Part shown: piece after piece, positions 62,894-63,008 of the stretch | How positions within the stretch are numbered: position 1 is the stretch's first letter | Layout of the letters: each line of letters starts with the position of its first letter | Notes under the pieces: generated by a model | Told to the model about the DNA's origin: nothing | Database searches by the model: none | The model's input: only the letters and a program-made list of their open reading frames with translations | Position numbers and translations under genes: made by a program | From: Clostridia bacterium | GTDB lineage: Bacteria > Bacillota > Clostridia > Christensenellales > UBA1242 | Length of the DNA: 63,008 nucleotides | Assembly: GCA_017523305.1 (NCBI GenBank) | Contig: JAFWWV010000077.1 | Coordinates: 1 to 63,008 of the forward strand | Direction of reading: 5' to 3'

Positions 62894-63008
62894 ATGGAAC
62901 AATACGAAATTGATGATATGATGACTAATTTGCAGGATTATCTGGAAAGACAAAACATCAATACAAGTCGATTTTTTCGTTGTATAAATCCACAACACAT
63001 TGATAGTA
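62894..63008 (+). CDS. 5' end of a CHC2-zinc-finger (primase-like) protein, truncated by the window edge
   Basis: My own translation is 'MEQYEIDDMMTNLQDYLERQNINTSRFFRCINPQHIDS'. The 'F.C.NP.H.D' part fits the start of a CHC2 finger. GAGGA RBS. Not in the ORF track because it is open-ended. Confidence 0.35.
   Translation, partial: MEQYEIDDMMTNLQDYLERQNINTSRFFRCINPQHIDS

Larger units (their letters stand above)
8757..63008. mobile_element. Putative full extent (left part) of the inserted element, if the PBP break is its left junction
   Basis: The PBP frame loses homology at ~8756. All downstream content is accessory. No recombinase or right junction is in the window, so this is an inference. 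Confidence 0.4.
41732..63008 (+). mobile_element. Conjugation/transfer module of an integrative-conjugative element or plasmid-like element; continues beyond the window
   Basis: Collinear + strand set: HTH, sigma-like protein, oriT-like IR, relaxase, VirD4-type coupling protein, adhesin, pilin-like protein, VirB6-like protein, VirB3-VirB4, ArdC-like protein, and a CHC2-type primase-like start at the edge. Confidence 0.8.

Noticed and set aside
8757-63008. Calling precise element boundaries or att sites.
   Set aside because: No integrase/recombinase gene and no right end are present in the window. Only the left discontinuity in the PBP gene is visible, so no direct repeats could be paired.

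Overview
AT-rich, low-GC Gram-positive (Bacillota-type) segment. All calls come from reading the supplied translations and the DNA; no searches were run. (1) 1-8.75 kb is housekeeping backbone: lon 3' end, engB/ysxC, two unknowns, a metallophosphoesterase, tRNA-Thr, then mraZ-rsmH-ftsL-PBP (the start of the dcw cell-division cluster) with phased MraZ boxes. The PBP reading frame stops matching PBP sequence right after its KTG motif (~8756). Everything to the right (>=54 kb, running off the window) looks accessory. (2) 9.2-18.0 kb holds three terminator-delimited two-gene cassettes: an AddB-like Fe-S nuclease with a UvrD-type helicase; a Zn-ribbon/PP-loop PAPS-reductase/4Fe-4S protein with a cysteine desulfurase; and a GIY-YIG-like protein with a small Zn-binding protein. 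(3) 18.07-40.29 kb is one ~22-kb operon under an XRE repressor and three phased palindromic operators. It encodes a YdjI-type SPFH protein, a coiled-coil protein, an ESCRT-III/Snf7-like protein, a Vps4-like AAA ATPase with an MIT-like N-domain, a cytoplasmic Zn-ribbon trypsin-like protease, a RuvB paralog with an MIT-like N-domain, and two paralogous giant proteins. The giants have cytoplasmic Zn-ribbon/TPR/TIR, one TM helix and huge LRR/Ig-like ectodomains, which is a Toll-like-receptor topology. This operon is my main candidate for an undescribed system. (4) 40.3-41.7 kb carries a LexA-type repressor and small regulatory cassettes. (5) 41.7-63.0 kb is a Gram-positive conjugation module: HTH, sigma-like protein, oriT-like inverted repeat, relaxase, VirD4-type coupling protein (T4CP), giant adhesin, pilin-like protein, VirB6-like protein, VirB3-VirB4 fusion, ArdC-like protein, LRR surface proteins and many small orphans. 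No integrase, IS element, rRNA or CRISPR array is visible in the window.
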